A stretch of DNA of 63,998 bases, filler included, from Stramenopiles sp. TOSAG23-3 (lineage: Eukaryota): the NCBI GenBank assembly GCA_900128585.1. It is 5 parts of 5 records of this genome, joined end to end, with 100 filler letters (N's around TTAATTAATTAA, not from the genome) between each part and the next. Parts side by side here need not be neighbours in the genome. Positions count along the whole stretch, not along the records: positions 1 to 13,205 come from LT642636.1; positions 13,306 to 26,499 come from LT642637.1; 3 more parts are not named here. One strand, 5' to 3'. The first letter of the stretch is position 1. Every line of letters begins with the position of its first letter. Of the stretch, positions 10,209 to 22,700 are shown piece by piece. A program made the position numbers and the translations under genes. The notes beneath the pieces were generated by a model. The model did no database searches and was not told the DNA's origin. It was given only the letters and a program-made list of their open reading frames with translations.

Positions 10209-11603
10209 ATGATGCAAGCGATCGAGCTGCCGCCTTTAGGCCAGCCCAACGGGCCCAATAGAGATAGAATAAAGTGTTGGAACCGACGGACGCTTCGGGC
10301 AGTCTCGAAAGCGTTTGCCTTCTTGTACCTTGTCCTTCTGACCTATTTAGTCATTACCGTAGCAGATGGTGTCGGTGCCGAGAACGACGACATGCTTTTG
10401 TTTCTTGGTGTTCGGGTATGCGCGTACTGGGTCGTCGTAATTTTCCTATTTTTTGCGCTCAATTTTTCATTTTTCGGCATATCCTTGGGTGCGGCGCGGC
10501 AGTACTTAGGGGAACTGTACCGCAACATTCTTCCCTTTTGGGGGCGCCCGCAGGCGAGGAGCCTCCACGAGCTCCCGATATTATTCTCCTCCACGGTGAA
10601 CCCCGTTTTCCTGGAAGGCCAAGGTGTCCAGGTCGAGGCCCTCAAAATGACGCAGGCGATCCTTGCCACGGACAAATGGACGGAGGACTGCCAGGCGTGC
10701 CTGGAGGAGTTTTGTGTGTTGGAGATGCCGGTGACAATTTTGGTGCCCGAGCCGGCAGTCTTGGATAAGATCAAGGAGCGCTTCGTCCCGGAGAAGGACG
10801 ACCACGTGGTCGTCGCTTTGGACAAAGGGCTGGTCCGGACGAAGGAATGCGGGCAAGACATCGCGGTCGCGCTTGCGTCGAAAGCGAGGCTCCAGTGCAT
10901 GTGCTTTGGGCGGCACAAGCCGCTCCACGCGAGGGACGCCTCGTTCGGCGGGTATGCCCGGGTCTTCTTGCTCGATTCCAAGGCCCGGATCGCGTGGCAT
11001 GGGCACCCGAACCAACGGGTTGATGACATGTGCAAGTGGCACTCCCTGCCAGACGAAATACGTTACGGAAAGTACATCAATGCGAACACGGTGGACGAGA
11101 CGAAATGGGACTCCAAGTACATGAAGTGGGGCATCCTCGTCCTGGTGCTGGGCATCTTGTGGGTGGTCTTTCACGCCGTCTGGTCTTTCATAGGGATTTC
11201 TAGCCTGGTCGACATTTCGAGCTCTGAGGAAGCAAAGGTCGACCCAACTATCTGGACGGTCACGTACATCGACAGCGCGTCTGGCCTGTTGCTGACCATC
11301 ATCCCGTTCGTCGTGGTGGTGGTTCTGTTGGGATTTTCCGCGTTGTTCCTCACCGTCATGCTTGCCCTCGCCCTGTTCTTCAAACTGTTTTACTCCATCG
11401 TCCCGGAAATTGTAGAAGAAGAGATCGTGGAGGTGCACGGTGGAGACGATACACGGGGGTTGCTCGACGGGGAGGAAAGCGGGGGGGCTGGAGAGGGTGC
11501 CGGGCGGATGGAAGACGTGCTGGTTCAGGAGGGTGCGCGCGCGAGGGGGAAGCTGGAGCGCCAGAAGAGCGTTTGGTACGAGGCAAAGACCACCCGTTCG
11601 TGA
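10209..11603 (+). CDS. Multi-pass membrane protein with possible central thioredoxin-like domain
   Basis: 464-aa GC-rich ORF with hydrophobic segments at both ends. The centre has WTEDCQAC and VFLLDSKARIAWHGHP, resembling TlpA/redoxin motifs. Confidence 0.6.
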   Translation: MMQAIELPPLGQPNGPNRDRIKCWNRRTLRAVSKAFAFLYLVLLTYLVITVADGVGAENDDMLLFLGVRVCAYWVVVIFLFFALNFSFFGISLGAARQYLGELYRNILPFWGRPQARSLHELPILFSSTVNPVFLEGQGVQVEALKMTQAILATDKWTEDCQACLEEFCVLEMPVTILVPEPAVLDKIKERFVPEKDDHVVVALDKGLVRTKECGQDIAVALASKARLQCMCFGRHKPLHARDASFGGYARVFLLDSKARIAWHGHPNQRVDDMCKWHSLPDEIRYGKYINANTVDETKWDSKYMKWGILVLVLGILWVVFHAVWSFIGISSLVDISSSEEAKVDPTIWTVTYIDSASGLLLTIIPFVVVVVLLGFSALFLTVMLALALFFKLFYSIVPEIVEEEIVEVHGGDDTRGLLDGEESGGAGEGAGRMEDVLVQEGARARGKLERQKSVWYEAKTTRS

Positions 11604-11767
11604 AGTACGGGGGAGAGGGTGTTGCTGTTGTTGCATATATCTGTAAAACCAAAGTATTAGAAACAAAATACTGGCGGTTGTTAAGTATTTACTTTAAATC
11701 TCTCGTAGGATAGTAGTATTATGTACCGTGCGCAAACATATTCTCTCGCCTCTCATCTTCCTCTCAC

Positions 11768-12301
11768 TCATTCTTCCCCGGTTTTCTCATCGGCTTCTTC
11801 CTCGGCCTCGCCGCCTTTCTCTTCTACGACCTCTTCCTCTTCTGCGGCGTCTTCTTCCTCTTCTGCGGCGTCTTCTTCCTCTTCTGCGGCGTCTGCGTTC
11901 TTGCCCTCATCGTCTGCATTCTTCCCTTCGTCGGATGGCTGCTTCCCTTCATCTACTTCGTCCTCTTTGCTTTCTTCTGCATCCACTACCGTCTTACTAC
12001 CAGCCTCCTCCCCGCCTGCGTCCGACTTGACGGGGTTCACCGTCACGCTGGAGAGCTTCGACGGGGACTTCATTGGGCTGATTGGAGTTTCTTTCACTTG
12101 CTTTGCGTCATCTTCGTCCATGTCGCCACTTCTATCTCCTGCGCAGCACGCGAAACCAAAAATGTCCCACCAAGGTTTTGGCTCGCCTCCGTGGCCAAGG
12201 GTAGACCCTAGAAGGTTCGAGTCCGCCTCGTCGGCAGAGTCAAAGACCTTCTTCTTTTTCTTGTCCTTATTAAGAAGCCTCTGTGCGACAGGGCTTGCCA
12301 T
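11768..12301 (-). CDS. Acidic low-complexity protein with endosulfine-like FDSAD motif
   Basis: 177-aa ATG ORF containing RLLNKDKKKKKVFDSAD and FACCAG. DAAEEEE repeats arise from a 21-bp tandem unit near 11832-11894. Confidence 0.6.
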   Translation of the reverse strand: MASPVAQRLLNKDKKKKKVFDSADEADSNLLGSTLGHGGEPKPWWDIFGFACCAGDRSGDMDEDDAKQVKETPISPMKSPSKLSSVTVNPVKSDAGGEEAGSKTVVDAEESKEDEVDEGKQPSDEGKNADDEGKNADAAEEEEDAAEEEEDAAEEEEVVEEKGGEAEEEADEKTGEE

Positions 12302-13205
12302 CGTTATATATTACAGCTCTGGGTTGGAATGGAAAATCGAACGCCCAAACAAACAACCGCGCAATTCTATTGCAATTACCAAACGTTGTAGCGCACGTTG
12401 ATACCTAACACTGCTCTAACAATCAAGACCAGGGTCGTTCGTTCGCACACTCCTTCGTGTCCGTCCGCTCTCGTCGTCTGTCGACTTTGTAGATTTTACT
12501 CTTCCCGTGCGTTATCAAACCCGAAGCCTGAAGTGTCACAGTGAAACAATATTTACGCTTAACAAATTGATTACTTATTGCACATGAATACGATTTTCAA
12601 GTGGGAAATCCCCCCGTTCACTTCTAGTTTCTTTCATTGCTTCCTTGACTTCTTGCCTTGCCATTTGCATTAATTCTTCCTCCTTTCTATATTTTATTAT
12701 TATTATTATTATCTCTTTCCTCCTCCTTGTTTGTATCTTCTTCTTCTTCTTCTCTTCAAAAAAAACGATAATAAAAATTATTCATTCATTTAAGTAAGGT
12801 GAATAATTAAGGTAAATAGTTTCATTATTTACACGTATATATATAATTATCACTATGGTATTTATATAATTAATTCATGGATGCATATAAATTACAATAG
12901 GATTTTACATATCAAATATATACTTGTGTTAGTAGTAATATATCTAATTATATATGTACTTAATATAGATAGAAATGACGGCGCCCCCCCAGAATCTTCT
13001 CTCCAATTACTTAACTTATTTCAAGTGTACTTATAATTAAATATATCTATTCTCAACATCCTATTTAATGAAAAAGAAATTTCTTTCTTCAAATCGGTCC
13101 TAAAACGAAACGAACAAAAAAAGAACAAAAAAACAGGAAAGACAAAATAATCCACCTAAAATTAAGGATATGTTTCTATATGAATTATATATGATGTGTA
13201 TATGT

Positions 13206-13305
13206 NNNNNNNNNNNNNNNNNNNNNNNNNNNNNNNNNNNNNNNNNNNNTTAATTAATTAANNNNNNNNNNNNNNNNNNNNNNNNNNNNNNNNNNNNNNN
13301 NNNNN
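13206..13305. other. Artificial contig linker (N44-TTAATTAATTAA-N44)
   Basis: 100-bp N block with a central six-frame stop linker. Confidence 0.97.
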
Positions 13306-13710
13306 TTTTAAAGTGGAGTCCATGAACTATCCGGAGCGATATCTGAATTGGCAGTGCTTGCAGATGAACCGTAATCAACTTCCTATACTTATATGCAGTT
13401 CATGATGGAATGCAAACCTAGAATGTCTAAATCTAGATTTCAGTTCGCAGTACATTAATTTAAATTACTTAAATAACAGCCAATTTTCTTGTTTCTAAAA
13501 TTATACTTTAAAAATAACAGCCAATTTTTTGTTTTTAATTTTAAGACAGTAAAATTTGAAAAAAAACTTTTATCGTGTAAACTTACACCAAACTTTTGTA
13601 AATTGCAAAATGCTATTGAGTCGTTGAGCAACTTTACCGCTTTCGTTTTCGGTCCCCTACCTATTGAAACCTAATACATCCAAGGCGTTCAATTTCTTCT
13701 ACGCCGACCG

Positions 13711-16700
13711 TCAACGCCCTTCCTCTTGGCTTTGAAGTACTACTGTATGCAAACGAGAAAGTACGGCCGCAGTGGTAATTTCGGAACCAGAGGGGATTAT
13801 AAAATTGGAAATTTTGTACATCAACTTCCCCTTATTTTTGAACAGAACCTTCTTGCTCAGAGTGACGGCCTTACCCGACGTGGTTACGTTTATGTGAGTT
13901 ACATCCTTCAGTCGGATGGACCAGGTGATTTTCGGGGAGTTGTCCAGTCCGTCCAAAAACGCTTGGCAAGACCATAGGGCAACAAATTCCGTCGTGACCA
14001 ACAAGAGCTTTGCATATGGCAATCCAACGTGCGTCACGTAAAAATTAGGATGAAACCCTTTGCTCGCCTCAAATGGGCGATGAGATAGAACGCTCTCCAT
14101 CAATTCTTTGACGTAAGCTTCTTCTTCTTTGTACACTTTCAAAATTCTATCTCTAGAATACATCAGCCGCGGACGACGCAATCGGATCAATCTCGGTTTC
14201 AGCATTAACGCTGTAGCTGTTCCTGAAATTCCCTGTGTTAAGTTTGACGCTGAATCAAGCACACCGACGGTTGGTTTGATCGCGATACCGACAATGCCTT
14301 TTGCAACTCCTTTCAAAAAGCCATGGACACCAGCACTCTTCGCGCCCTCGTATGGCTGCACCACCAAACCTGTGACGCCCAAAAACAACCCCTTTCCAAG
14401 CGCCTTCGTACCGTAAATAACACCTTCAGCAATATCTTTCGGGGCCTCTTCGTGCTTCAATATCTTGCGCTTCTCTTTATAAGCAGAATCAAAGGAGAGT
14501 TGGGCAAGACCGGAGCCGACACCACCCGAGAGTTTGCTTGCTGTATTGAGTGCGCCTCCAACAATTCCGCTCACCAAACTGTAGGTTCCTCGTGCAAGAC
14601 CCAAACCAAACGCACCAGGAGAGCGTATCAGGCCTTGGGCAGGTTCGTAAAAGAAATCTGCCATGCCAGTCCCCAGGCCTCTAACCAAACCCGCTGGATT
14701 TCCAAGGACGTCGACAGCACCAATAATTCTGTAAAGATCTGCTTTTGCCTGCCCAATGTAATGTTGCTGTATCGACGTTCGCAGAGTATTTAAATCTACG
14801 AATACGTCGGTGTGTAGCATAGCGTTCATTCGAATAGGCGCATTGTCTATATCTACCAGGAGGGATAAAAGGGAAGGCGGTAGTATTGATTTGCCGTACA
14901 TTTCATCAGCAACACGCGGATATCGATGGTCTCTGGCATAGTCAAGGTTTCGCTGGGTCGTCGCTGCAAATTTCAGTCTCATTTTCAAGGGGTGCAAATG
15001 CATTAATTGTACATAAACCTGACGGTGGGGGTTGAAAATTCGATAATAGATCTCTGTTCTAATTTCTTCGTCGCTATTGACAGCTTTGAAAAGAGTATCA
15101 CTCAGGTTCAAATTTACAAGACCAACTTTGAATGGATCAAATTCTTCCTTTCCCGTTGTTTCTGTATCGGTCGAACGCACCCTGGTTGCTTCCAAAATAT
15201 CACCGATGGAGAAAACAAATTCTCCCAATATTTCCAACGAGTCCCTATCAATTGAAATCTGAAATTCTTGAACAAGAAGTGATACATACGAAAAGAATTC
15301 CACCTCGTCGTTGACATGTGGTTTTGCCACAGACATGTGAAAAAAAGGCAATTTGTTGTTCCTGTTAGGTATTGGAGTCAGAAGAACAGGAAAGATCGAC
15401 ATCGTAAGTTGATTGTCGATTTGCATATCTTTCAATAGAAATTCCAGGGTCTGGTCTTTCTGCGTCCATTTTCCATACACAACTACCATATCCATGAGAG
15501 ATATGAGGGCGACTTCTTGCGGATCAGCATTGATCAAGCATATTTTAGCATTGCTAAGTCCCACCGTAAATATCAATTTACATGTATTTCCACTCTTTCC
15601 ACTCTGCTCCACAGTCACGGGCCTGCCTACGGCACCGTCGGATGGACTACGCAGTCGTGCGCTTGTTTTCACTGAGGAAGGCGCGCTCGCCAAAGTACCA
15701 GCCCTTGCTTGCCTTGCCTTAGCACGACCATTGAATATCAATGCTTTGGTGGGACCATGGACTTCAGTGTATACATCGATTCGGGTTCTCCTCTTCCCGC
15801 TAGGTGCGCCTAAAATACTCTTTTTCATGCCAATTTCATCGAGGCGATATTCAGTCTGGCCAAGTCCACTTCGATTACTTAAAATAAGCAGTTTGTTTGG
15901 TTCACTGGGAAAATCCCATCCAAAAATCTTACTTTCACCAGGAAATATTCGTTCCACTACACCATTGTCTCCTGATATTGATTTTTGATGAAAATGGATG
16001 AGCTCGTCACTACGGTTTACAAACTTATACAGCGGAAATGAATCATTTTCGTCGGCAATTAGAATATACGACGTAGTATCCTCGCTTTTTATCTGAATTC
16101 GTATAACTACAATTTCACCCGTGATTCTGTTCCGTAGTTTTATGGCCATACCTCTGACGTTCGCTATGGAGAAACTGCCAGACCATAACCACCCATCCCC
16201 TTCTATTCGAACCACAATTTCAAAAGCCTCTGCCGAACTAACATCTGCCTTATACCAGTGAAATGGTTCACCTGTTCCCGGTTTCAAATTCAACATTTCG
16301 TTTTGATAAAGGGAAACATTGGCCATGTTTTGCTCTGCTACAAAATTGGTGGTTCGATGAATTTGAGCTTGGGTAACCTGCAAATTTTGTTTCATGCGAT
16401 TAATCACAAAATATTTTGGTGCAAATATTACCATTGTGGACCGACGAAAAACTCCGGGGGCGCTTCGAATCGACACCCCAATTTGATACAGTCTTCGAAT
16501 TATGTGACTCGATAAATGCTTTGTTATACCACCCTTCTGAGAAGCACTACTCAGAAGCCTGGATACAGCATTTCCTTTCCGCTCAACACACGAGACACAC
16601 CCATCTGTACCAGCAGTATTGATGGAAAAGTGTTCTGAAAAATCTGCTCCATCGACTGCTATGCTTAATCTATCTGAACTAGCGTACAGGATCGGGCGGG

Positions 16701-19700
16701 CGTTTCCATCGCTTTTCGACTTTCTTTCTGGTCTTTTTGGTTCAGGATCCTGAGCAGATTCTGCAGCATCAGGGGATGATTCTGCAGCATCAGTGGATGA
16801 TTCTTTGTGCTTCACTGGAGACAAAAACTCAGAAAACGAAAGTCGCTTTATCAGTTTTCGGGGCTTTGATTGAAACTCGTGGGTAGAAAATTCCACGGGG
16901 TTCTCGACTTTTGTTTCAACAGGATTGTCTCCTGCGTACGACAACGACAACATAGAACGATTAATCAACCAATATGGACAAAATAACACAACCTCTCGAC
17001 CGAAATCCTTAATCGAATTGTCGATACACAAACGCAGAGGCTTTACCTTGCGTAAACTCGTCGGCCATGGAACAGTTATGGAATTGTCTGGTGGAACTGC
17101 GACTTCCACTTCACGGTTTTTTCTCAGAAAAGCTTTTCGTTTTTCAATGCGCCTCCAATCTTCAATGTGGGCTTCTTTGCTCCACACTGAACCATTAAAG
17201 GAGAAAAATAATGTTAGATCATTTTCCTGCAGTGGCGAACAGTTGACTTCCGTCGAACATCCAGCTTGCAAAAGCCCGTTCCACAGTTGCACCTGACTTT
17301 TGTTGGACTTCATTCTGAGAAAAATAGGATAAGGCAATGCATTCACAAGCTTGACAGGAGAAAAAAGTATAAGCTCAAAGTAGTTTTGTTGGCTGTTTGT
17401 GGCTTTTATTTGAAAGCATTTTATGTAAGCTACCCAATCAGCTGTTTCACAATTTTCAGCTGAGCAAAGGACATTTTTCGTCACTGCGTCATCACTAACA
17501 CCAGAAAAGAGTGGAAACAGGTCGACACCTTCCCACCATAAATAATCCGTATAACTTTCCGCACCAACAGGACGCACAGTTAGTCGACCATGATGCATGA
17601 GGTGTATCGGCAAAGAATATGATTCCATCGGCCTTAAAATTTTAACAACAGCTGCCGCCGGACCACCACATAGTAAAACTTCTAGGGCTGTTGAGGTTTT
17701 GTTAACGACTCGGGTTAGTGATGCTAGTCGGACCATGAGACTGCCTCCTTGAAGAGAGACATCACAGAGGACTTTTGGAAGCGTCCATTCCTTTTTCAAA
17801 AACATCTTTTCAAGTTCAGAAGTTTCGTGCCCCAAATTACTTTCAATTGACTGCAAATCGTACACAAACCTTCCTATTTTCTGCACCTGTACTTTTTGCA
17901 ACTGCTTAACAGGTAAGTTTAAGTCCACTGATATGGCTGCGCCTTGTATATTTGTCCAAGGATTTTCATACCATTTCTCATGAATTAGTGTCTGTGGAAA
18001 CGAGAATGGGGCCACACCCCCTGGGACAACGTCAACTTTTTTTGTCATTCCATTATGATCAAACTGAAGGGGTAGGCCCGTGGCATTTTCCAGACTGTAC
18101 TCATAGTGCAGTGTAGATGAAGGTTCAATAATTTTTATATTGTCATCGTTAACTCCAATCAAAGAAAGTTCACTTTCCCACCACATATGGAACAGTGTTA
18201 CGAAAGCGTGCGACAAATTAAGACAAAAATCTTCGGACGAGCGTACATCAACACGAGAAGGCCTGTGACCGCTATCAAAAGTCTCCCCATCGTGGGGAAA
18301 ACAGCAATCTACTGAAAAAGCCCATGGTTCTAATAACGGTTCCCAAGTTACAACATTTGGATTATAAACGTAGACAGAGATACCTGTTCGAAGTTTTTTA
18401 TCAGAATGGGCTATAGAATTGCCTTTCATACTATCAAGGAACAAGATTTTAATTGCTTTGTCCTGTCCACTTGGAAGGGCAACTTTTGCACAAGCATTTG
18501 ATATTCGCATGCGGAGAATTGGCACAGTATTCCCCCGCTTGTATGAATCTGAAACAATAATTACCCTCATGTTTGAAGCATTCATTACCACATTTATGTC
18601 ACTTTCTCGGCCGACCTGTTCACTAATTCGTTGGATTTCCAGTACTGGTGCATTCAATCTTTCAGAGTAGCGCCCAAAACTTTCTGGAGAAATAATTGTC
18701 CAACGAGTCGTGTTCACCAGCGAGTGGTCTACAGCCGTAGGGCAAAAACTGGTGATACTGCGATCCTTCATTTCCTCCGTTCTATTGAAAAGATCTAGGA
18801 GACTTTGTGCAATTTTAAGAATGACTTGAATGTGGGGAATTCCAAGCGTGCAATTGAATTGTTCAACTTTAATTTCTAGTTGGTCGTAATACACAGGTTT
18901 TTTCGACACTGAGCGTTTGTTATCTATTTTAGCCTCTTCAGGAGCAAAAACATATTGGGAAAAGTTAAAAACGATTTCACAATCTTCTACTATAGGGTGT
19001 TCTGTCTCTAAATTGGCAAATTTTTGACAGATTTGAATCCCATTTAGGTCGACTTGCATCTTGCTGCTTGCCTTCCGGTCCCGTGCAGCCGTAACTTTAA
19101 AATCTCCAACAAATACAAGGGCAGGCCTTTCTTTGAAGGGAACTTTGGAAAGTTCTGTATCAACAACACTTATTTTTGCATTTGTGAACTTGACCAACAG
19201 TGAGGTTGATATTTTTCTGTTTACAAAACGATGGACCCGTTGATGAGATCGAATGAAAGACTTTGATAACCGGTGATAAAGTTTATCTGCTCCATTTGGG
19301 TCTGTACCGTTAAGCAAAATATTAAACGTGTAATCGTCGAAGCATTCAGAGATTATACCATGTCGTTCCCCTGCCGTTATTTTCTCTTCTGGTAGCCTGT
19401 AGAATACCTGGCACCCAGCATCACAACCACCTTCGTCGTAGTCGTGGGCACTGACAAAAAAGTTGACAAAAGTCAGTGCTGTCGGAAGATAAATTGTACT
19501 GCAAAAGTCGCGCAAGGTGACCTTTAAGTCTAGGTCAGCGGCAGGATATTTGGTTAAATTTATCTCGCATGGTATTTCTGAAACTCTATGAAAACTGAAC
19601 ACAATTTGGTCCGTCTCACTTTTTTTCTCAAGTTTATCTCTACTAAACTCTGCACCGAGATCACGAAGCGTACAGTCGTTTACAGTAGCCGAGATTTTCA

Positions 19701-22700
19701 TGACTCTTCCAATATAATGTCGCAGATTAATTTTGACCCCAAAAATGTCCATGCGAAATAGTACCTTTGGAGGACACGACGAAGACATCATATGCCTTCC
19801 CCAACCCCTCTGCATGAATAGGGACGAGGTCTCAACGTGTATCAAAAGTTTTACCACATTTGGTCGATTATCCATAACCAGATTGTACGCGTTTTGCTGA
19901 GCAGCATCCGCAAACAATGGAAGCTTGGGTGCAGCATGCTTAGCTTTACCTTGACGCCAATCTACACAATTCCAAGCGAAAAAGTTTTCTAGCATCGCAA
20001 ATTGCGATTGAGAAGCTACCATTTCAATGTTAGAAACTTCTACAAACACCGACACATTGTTCGACGGAATCTTGTGCGCAACACCGTCAACAAAAAAATT
20101 CGGAGACACATTTGCAGACGTCCAACCGTTAGGCTTAATTTCAACTTCAATAGATGTAGAAAAATTATCAACCATTTTAACGTCGTTCTTCCAGAACTGC
20201 CCTGTACCCTTAGCACTAGAGACCAAGGACGCATCGGAAATGAAAACTTTATATGCACCGACAGCCTTAGCTTCATTTTTAATAACCTTTAGTTTTCCCA
20301 TATCTATTTTGAACTTATCGTCTCGAACAGGGTCGTAAGAGTGACGCACGGCTGGCAATACAATAATGGGATGGTCCACAACAGCTTCGAGTGAAAGCTG
20401 GTTTAGAGGAGGGTGAATTTCTTCAAAAACGGCACGAGCCTCTCGTGCTACAAACGCCGCTACCACCCCGGTGATACCACTATCGACATACTCTACAATT
20501 CTGACGAAAAGAGTATGAAGGAATACTAGTTCCACCGAGCCCGCTTTTATTACGACTGTGTCACGAACTTGGGTATGCCTGTACTGAATGTCGAGAAAAG
20601 CGTCTTCATTTTTCTTCAACCCAAACATTCTTGGTGTAATTGTTTTCGAGCTGTTGCTGGGTGCATCTAAAATGTTTTCATTTAGATCGACTTTGGGCGG
20701 TATATGTCCCCCATGGTTACGCAACGATGTGTCATACATAGAGATACTCCCCACTTTAACGATCAAAGAAGAATCGCAGTTCTGCAGTACTTGGTAATCA
20801 AAATTGGATTTTGCCAGAGCAATCTTAGTTATGCTTCTGTTTGAGCATGATTCGTTTAAGTACAAGTCAACAAACATGACATTGCACGATATTAGCACAC
20901 TTCCACTGTGGTATTGTTCGTGCAACTTGTGCTTAATTTTCCCAGACTCTGATGACGCAGTTTCTTGCTGAAGGGGATTAGCAGTTGATTTTTTTCTGTC
21001 CGATGCCAAACTAATGAGCTTTGAAACTGTCTCGTGGTTCCAATTGATTTCCACTTTTCCCATTCCAATAGACAAATACGTTGTTAAACCTGAGAAGTTA
21101 GAGCTGACGGGATTGCAAGCGAACAACGTCAGTTTTGCTGCTCCTACGTCCTTATTGGCATCCTGAGCCTGTTCGTCTTTTACGGATATAGGCAGGAGTC
21201 TAAAAAATGTAGGGTTGACCGTCTCCTGGCAGTCTACAGCGTCAATTTTAGAAATATTGAGGGAAATAGACGAATCAAACGATCGCGACACCCTATTCAG
21301 TAAAACATCGAGTATGTTCAAATGAAACAATTCACCATTTCCTTCCAATGCATGGACAATTAAACTTAGCTTTTGAGAACAAATTCGATTGGTGTACAAA
21401 ATCTTACCAATCGGGGACCTTACATCACCATTAAATCCCTTCTTTACTTCGTTCGCATTCTTCCAATTTCCCTTAATTTCAATCGGGTTTTTTGGTAAAT
21501 AGTCCTCGACGGTACCAATAATAGACACATTGGCATGGGACAAGTGGTTGCAATAACTTTCGAACATTTCAACAAAAATTGAAAAGTGTCTCCTAGATAC
21601 TCCCAGCACTAGTTCTGGCAACTCGCAGTTTGTGCTCACCAATGGTATTCGGTCGTCCTCTGGGACCAACGATACATTGACCGCAGTAACTATATTTGAA
21701 AGATTCAATATCTCCAGTGTCCTATTCTGAATTTTTAGGTCATTGGCATTTTCAAAAACAAAAATCCCAAAGTCAATGATGAGAAGTTTGTAAAAATCAC
21801 ACACCTCGCTGTCGATTGCTTCAGCAACTTCAGGATACTCTGTTAGGTATTCACTGGCAGAGAGTCTGACGTTGTTTTCAGAAGCAAACAAAATCACGCC
21901 CATGTCCAGCACGAAGACAGGCATCGTATCGTCATTTAGATCAGCCGGGAAAATAATTTTTGGCGCTCCTATTGACACATTGACATCTACAGCAACTTTT
22001 GCTTCAATCGATGCACGGATCTGCTGTGCACTCACTTTGGTCAGGGACTCGGACGAAAATTGGAGGTTATCTTCAACGCAGAACAGAAATCGTTTAATTT
22101 CGGAAGAAAGTTCCGGGGTAAATACGATTTGGATTGGAGCTGCTTTTCCTCGAACGTCAACCTCATTTTTCGAAAACATATTGGACTTCTGCGTGATAGA
22201 GAAGGTAAACAAATCTTCATCGTCCTCTGAGGCAATGTCATACGTCATCAACGGCGGGAAGACACTTCCCGGATTGAAAATATCCGTAGCTTTCATTGAT
22301 CGACAGTTGAGCCGCATTGAGTAGCCCATCGATGCAACGCTTGCAAAATTAAGCGGGTCGTGAGACTGCGTGGTAATCTTGAACAAAATTGCTTCAAAGC
22401 CTATAGTCATGAAACCATCGTTTTTATTTCTAAACTTCTCTTCAGAGACAGTTGTTTCATTCAAAAAACTTATCGAGACTGTTTTCATACGCAACTCCAC
22501 GGATAAAATATTGTATGGAAAAATCTTTTTCAGATTGTTTCCAGGACGCAAGCCTGTAGCGACACCATTGCCAGTTCGGTTCATGGCATGTTCAGAATCC
22601 AGCATTTCTTCATACAGTTGCAGCCGCTGTTGATCACTTAGAAGATGCTTCGACTTATCTCGTGAACGCTTGATTTTTAGAACTTTTCTCATATTAGTCC

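Noticed and set aside
10274-11666. Multiple overlapping alternative-frame ORFs in GC-rich genes (also over DENN, COG5, WRAP73)
   Set aside because: Expected from high GC and scarce stop codons; no protein-family signal.
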